Assembly: GCA_009859145.1 (NCBI GenBank)
Contig: VRVR01000010.1
Span: 287,851-351,850, forward strand
DNA: 64,000 nucleotides
Direction of reading: 5' to 3'
Origin: Andalucia godoyi And28
Taxonomy: Eukaryota > Protista > Jakobida
Part shown: in pieces, positions 55,439 through 64,000 of the stretch
How positions within the stretch are numbered: the stretch's first letter is position 1
Layout of the letters: every line of letters begins with the position of its first letter
The notes under the pieces: generated by a model
Told to the model about the DNA's origin: nothing
The model's database searches: none
The model's input: the letters and a program-made list of their open reading frames with translations, nothing else
Position numbers and translations under genes: made by a program

Positions 55439-58400
55439 TTTCCCACGTGATTTCCAACTGCGGGATCGATTGGAATGCGTCGCCAAAAATGTCATGATCA
55501 CCGTCAAGGTCGCCGTCGTTGTCGGAGACTTGGTGACGTTTTGATGTTTTTGGTGGCGCTGGCAGCGCACTGCGAACCTGTCGGGCTGCAGAAGAATGTA
55601 GTAGACACGCAAAATGCTCCCGTCGTTGCCGATACACTTGCGAAATCGCAATTCGCAGCGAGCTTGCAGAGAACAAATGTCGAAGCCAGGTCTTCACAAT
55701 TGCCAGATCATGAGGATTCGTTAGGTCCAGATCTTCGAATATGAACCACGTGTGCGAGAAACGAAACGAGCCATTTTGCTCGAAGACAGAATCCGAAATC
55801 AGCTTTTGCATATTCCTGCGCAAGTCCATGTCTGAGAGAACGTCGTGAAGAATTTGTAGCCGTTCAATCTCGAAGAGGGTGATGTCCGGAATCGCATTGA
55901 CTATCTCAGTCTGAGATGGCGACCGATTCAGCTTCGTCTTGAGTTGATCTAACTTTGCGGCATACATGCTGAGCGTCTGCAGCAAATCTCCTGCGAACAA
56001 GATAGCGCAATCCGTTGGTCCGACAGCGAAATCCGAGGAAATCGAAGAAGGCGAGGGTTTCGGTGAGACGCTGGTTACCACTGCTGGAGCAGAGGCCGGT
56101 ATCGGGGCCACTCTGACTGGCTTTTGTGGAGAGAAATCAGCACTATCAAGAATGCGACGCTGCTTGCGCTGTTTGACTCCTGGACCTGCTTCCGGCCCAT
56201 TTGGCATTTCAGACATCATCTCTATGAGTACGGCCAGCTTGGAGTCCATATCCAGTCGGACACGATCTGCAAAGGAAGGATGCGTGAAGTCAGCCGGTTC
56301 CGATGCCTGCTTTCTGACATCGCCCTTTGGAATTCCCAAGATCATGTCCAGAGGTGGCACTTCGTGTTCAATCTGGGCCTTTTGGCGAACACGGTGCGAG
56401 TAACGATGGTTCACCACACCCCTGTCGTCAATCGACAACATTGACCGCGACATCGACATTGACTGGTGTGGGCCTTGAGAGCGGACGAGCCCCAACTGTG
56501 CCTCCAAAACTCGCCGAAGAACGCCCGCTTGTTCGAACCCTAATTCCAGAGTGTTGCATCGTGCCATTTCCAAAAAGCATTTCCGCAGTATCCAAAGACA
56601 GCGGACATCGGTGAAATCCGTGCCTGCAATAAAGACATCGACACGAGCAGCGCGCAGCGGCGTCGATCCAGTTGACATCTTCCGACATAGCCGATACGCT
56701 GCTGGGAGCATCCAGCTGTTCGAGAACAGCCGATAATGACGTCTGACGAACGACTCCTTCTGTCCCAGCTCCTCTGCGATAATCAAAGCTGGAACCTGGT
56801 AGTGGGCAGGCAGCGACAAGCGCTCGCGATAGTGATCGACGGCGGACATGATCAGTCGATGTGCATTGACTGCATGCATGGACCATGCATCGCTGTCGTC
56901 CAGAGATGGATTTTGGAGCAGATGCACCTTCAGATCCTCCAGTGCGGACAGCTCTTCCAGAGGTGGGGTGGCATCAAAGGATAACGGAGTCGCTGCAATG
57001 CGCACTGCGGATTCCCAATCAAAACAATCAAACATCGACATCAATCTCCAGAGAATCATCAAGCGCTTCACCGGATGCGGAACATCCGATTTGTCGGGCC
57101 GCACAAGAATCTGGAGAAACGGATAACTGGAGAGTTTGTATGCCTGCGGTGCATCTCCGTATTTTCCAAACCACTCCATGCATGCACAAGCGTACTCTCG
57201 AATCACAGGATCTTTCAACAGCAAATAATGTTCGAGCGCCGATTCCGGAGATATGGCGGATAAAAACATTTTGGATATTACTGTCGCCAAGACCCGTTCC
57301 TCACTGTCGTTCTCGACTGCATTGTGGTCCTTTCTCCATTGTTCGAAGTTGGAGCATGTCGGGATTCTCTGGACCAAGAACGCGACAAGATGATGGATCT
57401 CGATCATGTTCATATTGGAGACATCGAAGATATCCTGAAAGCGATTCTGATGCAAACAAAACGCTGATTCTCCAAATTTGTTGTCTGCGGATCGCTTTCG
57501 ATTCGACTCCTGGAGCACATGGGAAGAGACCTTGGAGGGACTGTACGGGACACTAATGACCGGTCTACCTGCAGTAGCATCGATACTTCCTTTGGGTTCC
57601 ACTTTGGATTCCGGTTGAGAAAGCGCCGCCTCATCTCGCAGCATCTTTTGTTTCTCTGCTGCTTCGCGCTCTACACAGGCCCGGAACGAACGAGAAAGCC
57701 ATTCCAATTTATCAGACGGAGACGCGTCGTCAAAGGCCGAAGCCGAGCATTGATTGAACTTGTCATACAGATCTTGCAGTAGAACAGCCGATTCGAAAGG
57801 GTCCTGCTTCGTGAGGAATGCGAGATGATACGCAGATCGGATTTCGTGCTCAAAGCCGCGGAGTTCCAACATGCAAATGATGCTGTTCAGGTTGTCCAGA
57901 GACTCGCATGGCCACGACATCAATCGGCAGATGACGTCATCTATCTGATTTTCCATCGCATTATACTTCATTAAAATGTGGTCTGCAGCAACAGGGCCTG
58001 TCGATGGAGACGACATGTCCGATTTCTTCAGCAACACATCGCGCAGCACGTCCAGCATGCTCACAGACGAAAACCTTCCTATCCGCTCAATCTCTTCTCG
58101 GCACTCCGCAATCATTTGTGCCCGACAGTCATCGAATTCTGATGCGGCCGCGTTCACTAATGGAACATGTTCCGGGAACAGCCGGTGCGAACGCATAAAG
58201 TCATAGGACATGCGCATACCGCGCGCGATTCCAATGATCACATCCAAGTCATCGACATCGGTCAGCGCACCAAGCGTCTGAAACAGGTGAATTAGAAAGC
58301 TGTCTGTCGGAACGTGTCCGTCAGCCGCTGGAGCAATGACAAACCGAAGTTTGAATGCTGACAGCTTATGTGGGACTCGGTCGTATTTTCGAGATAATGG

Positions 58401-58601
58401 GTCGGCGGCTCGTAGAACTTCAGGATTTGCAAACAACTGGAAAGAAATCGAGACGCGCAACAGCCCGATTCGCGACATCTTGCAGAACTGGTCAAGGTCC
58501 ATATCAACGTTTCGTTCTCGAAAGGACTCAAATAGCTTCTCATACTCGCGATGAACGTCTGTCATCGACAGATCATTCAGAAATGCATAAGCATCCCCCA
58601 T
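55398..58601 (-). CDS. Large hypothetical protein, 1067 aa, no family recognised
   Basis: Uninterrupted 3.2 kb ATG-initiated ORF with protein-like composition. Confidence 0.75.
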   Translation of the reverse strand: MGDAYAFLNDLSMTDVHREYEKLFESFRERNVDMDLDQFCKMSRIGLLRVSISFQLFANPEVLRAADPLSRKYDRVPHKLSAFKLRFVIAPAADGHVPTDSFLIHLFQTLGALTDVDDLDVIIGIARGMRMSYDFMRSHRLFPEHVPLVNAAASEFDDCRAQMIAECREEIERIGRFSSVSMLDVLRDVLLKKSDMSSPSTGPVAADHILMKYNAMENQIDDVICRLMSWPCESLDNLNSIICMLELRGFEHEIRSAYHLAFLTKQDPFESAVLLQDLYDKFNQCSASAFDDASPSDKLEWLSRSFRACVEREAAEKQKMLRDEAALSQPESKVEPKGSIDATAGRPVISVPYSPSKVSSHVLQESNRKRSADNKFGESAFCLHQNRFQDIFDVSNMNMIEIHHLVAFLVQRIPTCSNFEQWRKDHNAVENDSEERVLATVISKMFLSAISPESALEHYLLLKDPVIREYACACMEWFGKYGDAPQAYKLSSYPFLQILVRPDKSDVPHPVKRLMILWRLMSMFDCFDWESAVRIAATPLSFDATPPLEELSALEDLKVHLLQNPSLDDSDAWSMHAVNAHRLIMSAVDHYRERLSLPAHYQVPALIIAEELGQKESFVRRHYRLFSNSWMLPAAYRLCRKMSTGSTPLRAARVDVFIAGTDFTDVRCLWILRKCFLEMARCNTLELGFEQAGVLRRVLEAQLGLVRSQGPHQSMSMSRSMLSIDDRGVVNHRYSHRVRQKAQIEHEVPPLDMILGIPKGDVRKQASEPADFTHPSFADRVRLDMDSKLAVLIEMMSEMPNGPEAGPGVKQRKQRRILDSADFSPQKPVRVAPIPASAPAVVTSVSPKPSPSSISSDFAVGPTDCAILFAGDLLQTLSMYAAKLDQLKTKLNRSPSQTEIVNAIPDITLFEIERLQILHDVLSDMDLRRNMQKLISDSVFEQNGSFRFSHTWFIFEDLDLTNPHDLAIVKTWLRHLFSASSLRIAISQVYRQRREHFACLLHSSAARQVRSALPAPPKTSKRHQVSDNDGDLDGDHDIFGDAFQSIPQLEITWEIMTEDPRMTCTPS

Positions 58602-58805
58602 TCAGAACGCCCAATTCCAAAAATTTCCGCGTGCTGCCTTGCGTAGTTCCCTCCCCAGAAAAGGCAATCGTGAGAATAATACGCACTATACAAAATTACT
58701 CCTTGTTTCCAACCTAATACTCCTGTCCGATGATAAAAACAAACCAAAAAATCATACAAAATAAATGCAAAACGCAAAACACGCGCACGATACTTTAGGA
58801 AAATG

Positions 58806-60010
58806 TTGTGTTGGCCGGTTTTACGCTCTAATTGTATTTTACGACGGTAAAATACGTATTTTCCATGTATTTTACATCATTACATCCGGCCCGAAAAACG
58901 TATTACAATTATGCGTTTTCCATCGAATGTTAAATGGACCTTCCGCAGCGTATAAATTGCCCGTTCTTGATCGGAAAGCATTCAGCGCAGCGTCAGCAAC
59001 TCATTGCGTGTGTTTTCTTCGTGATTCCGTTCGAAATTGTGCCTCGTAGAGAACGGGCTCGTTTACTATGAGGCTGCTCGACTACGGTAGGCCGTCCAGA
59101 ATGGTGGTTCGTTTTCGTCGATTTTTTCTTCTCGACTCCACAGCATTTTTTCGCGTCGACGTCCTTTTGCAGTAGCTGCAGCTTGCACTTTGACAACGAA
59201 TTCGTTTTTGCAGGCACTCAGTCGAACGCAGACAGATTCTGATACGATGTGTAGTATTTACTTCAACGTTGCAAATGCCGAATTACCTTCTACCACGACT
59301 GGAAAAGCAGTCGAAGTCAGGATTTCTCATGGTTCGTAGTCTCGGCATGAGACGGAATTGTAACCAATGAGCTGTCTCCTGCACGGATCCATGAACATCA
59401 TTCAATGCTTGTCATGCTGTATGATGCATACGCATTGGGTTTGGCCAGGAGGGGCGGCGAAGAACTATCATGGCGACTGACACAAGCATTTTGTACCTCC
59501 TAATGATGCGCGGCTGATCTTCAGGTTATCGCAAGTGCGAAAGAACTCTGAAGAAGAAAAGGAAGAGTTTTGGAATCCACATGATGATTTGGAAATGGGA
59601 AAGCTTTTGTTGGCGGAAATCATCCGCTCATCATCCAAACAGGCAGCAGCATAATCTGGGGCCGGGCGGTATGCCGTTTGTACGGCGAAACTCTGATGCT
59701 CGCGGTTCTGCTGTCGCAAACAGCTCGGAAACTGCACCACTTCGACGGTTCTCCTCAGTTTCCTGTGAAAGGTCGAGAACAGAACACTTCGTTCATTACA
59801 CTTAGCGTTGACTGAGCGACAGAGAATGTCGGCCCACCACACACCACCTAAGACGATGCAGATAACGATGTTTACGCATTAATTTGTATCAATGCATTGG
59901 TTTCGATGACAATATGGTGGGTTTTACGTCATTTTACGTGCATTTTACAGTAAAATACGTATTTTTTACGTACCCCGACTTCCAACCCCCGTAAAAAATA
60001 GCCAACACTA
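58806..60010. mobile_element. Putative non-autonomous element with hAT-like terminal inverted repeats, about 1.2 kb
   Basis: Left TTGTGTTGGCCGGTTTTACG vs right (minus) TAGTGTTGGCTATTTTTTACG; palindrome AAAATACGTATTTT 43 and 45 nt inside each end; TTTTAC subterminal clusters; no TSD found. Confidence 0.6.
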
Positions 60011-60222
60011 GTCGGTGGTTTCTCGAATCTCCACCATTTTGCACGTATTTTGGTTCTTTTTTTTAAAGACTGAAAACAAGAAGAAGAAGAAAAGAAATCA
60101 AGGAAAAACAGGATGAGGTGGTGGCTGGTTTGAGATCGTGGGGCGTGTGATCGGATAGAGAAAAGCTGAAAAACGAAGGAGGAAACGTCTTGGAAAGAAC
60201 AAAGAGACGAACACTCCCGGGT

Positions 60223-60225
<3 letters not shown>

Positions 60226-60278
<53 letters not shown>
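60226..60278. repeat. (CA)n microsatellite, about 26 units
   Basis: Read directly from sequence. Confidence 0.95.
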
Positions 60279-60281
<3 letters not shown>

Positions 60282-60320
60282 ACGAGTACCTGCAAGTTGG
60301 ACGCGTGGTCGTTTTCTGAA

Positions 60321-61697
60321 ATGACAAGGATTGTGGATCCATTCTGGAGGCCGCGCCGGTCGATGAACATTTATTTTCCATTCTCAGTCTCCAAGCGTAT
60401 TCCACTGCGAGATTGTCTGTCTGTGGATGAATGTGCGTGGGCAATGTGTAGACATGCGAATAACGTGGTTTTTGGATCGAAAGCGGGCTGTATCCATATG
60501 GTTTCCCGATCGAAAATGATGGATGGACAGCGGTTGGACGGGTGGTCGGCGCCCGGCATTATGTCCACCAGCCGAGTTGTGCACCGCGGCGGCACGTCGG
60601 CAGTTTCCGGGCTTGTGCAGTCTGATCACATCGTGTCGGGTGGTTGGTCGGACGGATCCTGGGCGTTGAGCGACATAGGACAAGCAGGCCTGGAAGTGGT
60701 CCGACAGGTGCGCAACATTCATGATGGAGTGATACGCTGTCTTTCTCCTGCTCCGAGAAGCCCGCATACTTTCTTGTCGTGCTCCGAGGACAAGAGAGTC
60801 GTCTTGTGGGATGTGCGCATATCGCCGCCGAACCTGGATGTCCTTGGAAGAACGCATCGGCATCCCGTACAAGTTGTGGCATTTGCACCGCCACATGCAA
60901 GTCCGTTGTACGACGATCTGATCATGTCTGTTTGTCGCGGCGGCTCGCTGTTGCTGTGGGACTTGCGAAGCACGCGAAAAGCTGTTGTGGAATGTGACTT
61001 GCACAACTGCTTTCCGTCCTTAGCATCGCCAGATGTTTATGCAAGCGATTTTGACATGTCGTTCAAGGCAGGGATGGTGGCGCTGCAGATGAGCGATGGG
61101 TCCGTTGGGTTTCTCGATTTGATTCCATTGCTTGCCGACGGATTTTGTCGGGATTCCCGCGGTCCTCATTCCGTCCAACCGCGCTGCTTTGCGGTGCATT
61201 CACAGGCTGCCAACAATCGGAAATGGAAGTTGGGACACATCCGGTTTTTTGCAGATTCAACACTGGTGGCTACGAGCTCTGAAGACGGCTGCTTACTTGT
61301 GTTTGACCCGCTTAGTGGTCGTTTGCGATCCGATATTCAAATCCACGGGAATGCTATTTGGAGCTTTTGCACAGATGAGGATCATCGATGGGACTCCCAG
61401 GACCCCCAGGCAGCGCCAACCGACCCCTTTCTTTTATATTCGTGCAGCGAAGATTCGACAATTGCAGCCGTGAATGTCTGTTCTTCTTTTGGAATGTGGG
61501 ACCATCTCACCGGCTGCACTGCTTCGGAGAGCAATGTGTATGTACTCGATGAATTTGGCGAGTGGACATGCGGGGTCGTTCGCTCAGCAGATTTCGATCG
61601 TGGGGTCATGGACATCCAGTTTACAGAGTACGTTGCCGGACAAGACCGTGCTGTCGTCCATCCTTCGTTGGTTCGCCCGCGATCTCGCTGCACATGA
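60321..61697 (+). CDS. WD40-repeat protein (first ATG 60321)
   Basis: HDGVIRCLS, FLSCSEDKRVVLWD, LLLWDLR, VATSSEDGCLLVFD, HGNAIWSF, LYSCSEDSTI. Confidence 0.82.
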   Translation: MTRIVDPFWRPRRSMNIYFPFSVSKRIPLRDCLSVDECAWAMCRHANNVVFGSKAGCIHMVSRSKMMDGQRLDGWSAPGIMSTSRVVHRGGTSAVSGLVQSDHIVSGGWSDGSWALSDIGQAGLEVVRQVRNIHDGVIRCLSPAPRSPHTFLSCSEDKRVVLWDVRISPPNLDVLGRTHRHPVQVVAFAPPHASPLYDDLIMSVCRGGSLLLWDLRSTRKAVVECDLHNCFPSLASPDVYASDFDMSFKAGMVALQMSDGSVGFLDLIPLLADGFCRDSRGPHSVQPRCFAVHSQAANNRKWKLGHIRFFADSTLVATSSEDGCLLVFDPLSGRLRSDIQIHGNAIWSFCTDEDHRWDSQDPQAAPTDPFLLYSCSEDSTIAAVNVCSSFGMWDHLTGCTASESNVYVLDEFGEWTCGVVRSADFDRGVMDIQFTEYVAGQDRAVVHPSLVRPRSRCT

Positions 61698-62120
61698 TTA
61701 TTTTTTTTTTTTTTTTTTTTTTGGCTTTCGAATCCCTCTCTTTTCTCTTTCAATACGCATCACGTGTCTGTCTGTCCATACTCTGTTTCTTTCATCCCTT
61801 AACACAGTTCTGGAGGGGGAAAATGCACTCAAGGTCAATTGTCTTGTCTCGAGGATTGGAAACTACCAGAAGACACTGCTCTTCCAGAATCGCACTGTCG
61901 AGGGGCAACAGCTTTCGACTCCGCTCCCAATCTCCATTCTCACCTTTGCATTGTGTTTCCTTCTCTTTTTTCTTTTCTGTACATTTGTCTGTTTGCATCC
62001 ATTCTTTTTTTTTAATAAAAAATTTAAATAATCCATTAATTATTTGTATAACAATTAATTGCTGCGTGCATTTGTATTTTTAATTTGTTTGTTTGTTTGT
62101 TTGTTTTTTTGGAGCTCGAA

Positions 62121-62795
62121 ATGTCGGTGACTGCGGAAGAAGTTCATCAGAAGCTCGATGCGGAGCTCGTGAAGCTGCTGGCGTTTGCGCCTGTGCCTGT
62201 GCCTGGTGCGGCGGGATCTGCGGATGTTGATCTTGAGGGAGGATGGTCGTTTGTGAAGGAGCTGGAGGGAGTGAAGATCTATCGGATGAAGCCCGAGGAC
62301 ATGCCAGTGTACTTTATGAAGGGAACGACGGTCATCAATGCGCCGTATGCAAAGGTCACGGGCATGGCATGGGACACTCCGACACGAAAGACCTGGGATG
62401 ATCTGTACATCGAGTCGCATATCGTGCAAGTGATCGACGACAACACATCGATCGAACACTCTGCGTTTTCGTCCGGTGCACCACTCGTGTCTTCGAGAGA
62501 CTTTCTTCTTGCAAGACGAAAGGGCACAATCGAGAACGGTGGTGGCTCCTACATTGTCGCGCGGTCCGTCGAGCATCAGGATTGCCCGCCAAACACTGGA
62601 AAGCACGTCAGAGGAGAAATTTACTCGTCTGGATTTGTGTTTCGGCCGGCCGCAGACAATGAAAACAAGACTTTTGCAACCTATGTAGTCGCGGTCAATC
62701 CAAAGGGCTCCATCCCGGGTTTCGTCGTCAACATGGTTTCCACGAAGCAGCCGACCGCCCTTGGGAAACTGCGCAACGCCGTCGAGAAACAGTAG
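62121..62795 (+). CDS. START/SRPBCC lipid-binding domain protein, 224 aa
   Basis: GWSFVKE, RKTWDD, PLVSSRDFLLAR, SVEHQDCPP...VRGEIYSSG, VNPKGSIPGFVVN. Confidence 0.9.
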   Translation: MSVTAEEVHQKLDAELVKLLAFAPVPVPGAAGSADVDLEGGWSFVKELEGVKIYRMKPEDMPVYFMKGTTVINAPYAKVTGMAWDTPTRKTWDDLYIESHIVQVIDDNTSIEHSAFSSGAPLVSSRDFLLARRKGTIENGGGSYIVARSVEHQDCPPNTGKHVRGEIYSSGFVFRPAADNENKTFATYVVAVNPKGSIPGFVVNMVSTKQPTALGKLRNAVEKQ

Positions 62796-63164
62796 ATCCC
62801 ATTATCTTTTTCATCGTGGAACCCAAATAAAAAAAGAAAGAGGATCCTCTCCTCCTTTTGTAAGTAGTATTTTGGCACTTACCGGTAAGTGGGTGCACGC
62901 GCGATGCATAGTACGTCTTTCACATTGATTCAATACGAAGGGGATTCGGAATTCCAGCACAAACTGCATAGTGCGTGTACGTACGTCGCATTTATATGCA
63001 TTCTGCACTCGGGTTTCACTTTATTGTTTTTTTAATTTTTAATTTTAAAATTTTTTTATAGAAAATCTTATTATTGCTACATTTACGTTGTGAAAACAAT
63101 TGGATTCTTTACATTGCTTTTTCGCAGGTCCAAGAACCGAGTTTTTGGTAGGATATTTAAAAAA

Positions 63165-63443
63165 ATGGACGTGACGAAGACGGACTCGTGGGGACGAGAG
63201 GGCGCCGTTGAGGACTTTGCGACGGAAGAGATCGTCAAGGACTCGAGGCCAAGGAATTTCAGAAGAGGCGCTGGGCATAGTCGCAACCAACGAGGTTCGT
63301 GTAGATACAAGCCCCGCAAGACGCATTCCAACTTCCATCAACCGCCGTCGTACACATGGGACTTTGCATGCGCCAAGGTGTCATCCATCTGGAAATCGGC
63401 ATTCGCAAAAGAGGAAATTCGAGACTATTTTGCCAGCCACTAG
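63165..63443 (+). CDS. Possible small hypothetical protein, 92 aa
   Basis: GC-richer ORF after an AT-rich leader ending AAAAAAATG; no motif recognised. Confidence 0.3.
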   Translation: MDVTKTDSWGREGAVEDFATEEIVKDSRPRNFRRGAGHSRNQRGSCRYKPRKTHSNFHQPPSYTWDFACAKVSSIWKSAFAKEEIRDYFASH

Positions 63444-63500
63444 TCAGAGAGCGTTGGTGCATTCTCAACTTTGAATACTACAATGAAATACCCACACCGT

Positions 63501-63532
63501 TGCCACTTATTGCGATATGATGAAGCAATCTA
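63501..63532 (+). repeat. Dispersed 32-bp repeat, copy 2 (copy 1 at 18923-18954)
   Basis: 31/32 identity to copy 1. Confidence 0.9.
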
Positions 63533-63722
63533 TCGTAAAGGCAGGTATTCTTGCCGGCTGGAGGTATTCTTGCCGATTTTCTTCCAACGTTTCGCTTTTA
63601 TTTTTCTTACCTATTTTTGCTTGTTTTTCTTTTTTTCAAAATATTAACGAGATAAATGGATTCAGTTTCGAGCGGAGAACAATAATTACATCTCAAATGG
63701 CTTTCCTGGCGAATGGAAATCG

Positions 63723-63998
63723 TTAGTTTTGGGCAAATCGTCGGTTTGCTGCTTGGATGAACGACAGCATCCCTGTGGGTTGTATTCCAGCCGTGCTTGC
63801 TGGCTCTGCCACCGGTTGTTGTGATGGGGGAACATAGGGCGAGGTGCTGCTACCTTCACCACCGTTGTAGGAACGGATGTGGATAGGATTCTGCGGAAGA
63901 GCAGCAGTCGAAACGCTCGAGCTTCGCGTTGCGGAATGTTGTCGTTTCTGCGCTTTCGCTTCCTTCTCGGCTCTTCGTTGATTCTCGTCTGCAACTTT
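63723..63998 (-). CDS. C-terminal fragment of a gene entering from the right edge
   Basis: Manual translation KVADENQRRAEKEAKAQKRQH...FIQAANRRFAQN*; more protein-like than the track ORF at 63686-63994. Confidence 0.5.
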   Translation of the reverse strand, partial: KVADENQRRAEKEAKAQKRQHSATRSSSVSTAALPQNPIHIRSYNGGEGSSTSPYVPPSQQPVAEPASTAGIQPTGMLSFIQAANRRFAQN

Positions 63999-64000
63999 GT

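Noticed and set aside
59170-59300. Weak resemblance of ILHIVSESVCVRLSA (minus) to the hAT C-terminal dimerisation motif
   Set aside because: Lacks the conserved ERxFS core; would need two separate codon deletions
63686-63994. 102-aa ORF from the track
   Set aside because: Starts at TTG near the edge; the overlapping frame ending at 63723 looks more like a real C-terminus

Overview
Gene-dense eukaryotic nuclear DNA. No intron is needed to explain any long ORF here, including a 12.6 kb dynein. The gene content points to a flagellated protist: beta-tubulin, DNAH1-type axonemal dynein, WDR47, Arp2/3 subunit 5, LIN9, Nup98-96 and a PIWI/Argonaute. The exact lineage cannot be determined from this window. 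About 22 protein genes and one tRNA-Val(CAC) are supported. The most unusual part is 19-30 kb. It holds a decayed Fanzor (eukaryotic TnpB-family RNA-guided nuclease) in two complementary pieces on opposite strands (21.8-22.1 kb N-terminal piece, 19.2-19.5 kb C-terminal piece). These bracket a DUSP12-type zinc-finger-only gene and a PRTase_2-like gene of a mainly bacterial family. It also holds a degenerate hAT transposon with recognisable ends 242 bp upstream of a divergent PIWI-like Argonaute that has an apparently intact DEDH tetrad and a large RDYDRPRGPPR repeat array. A second element with hAT-like ends lies at 58.8-60.0 kb, and a 32-bp dispersed repeat links 18.9 kb and 63.5 kb. All family assignments come from motif recognition by eye; no database search was run.
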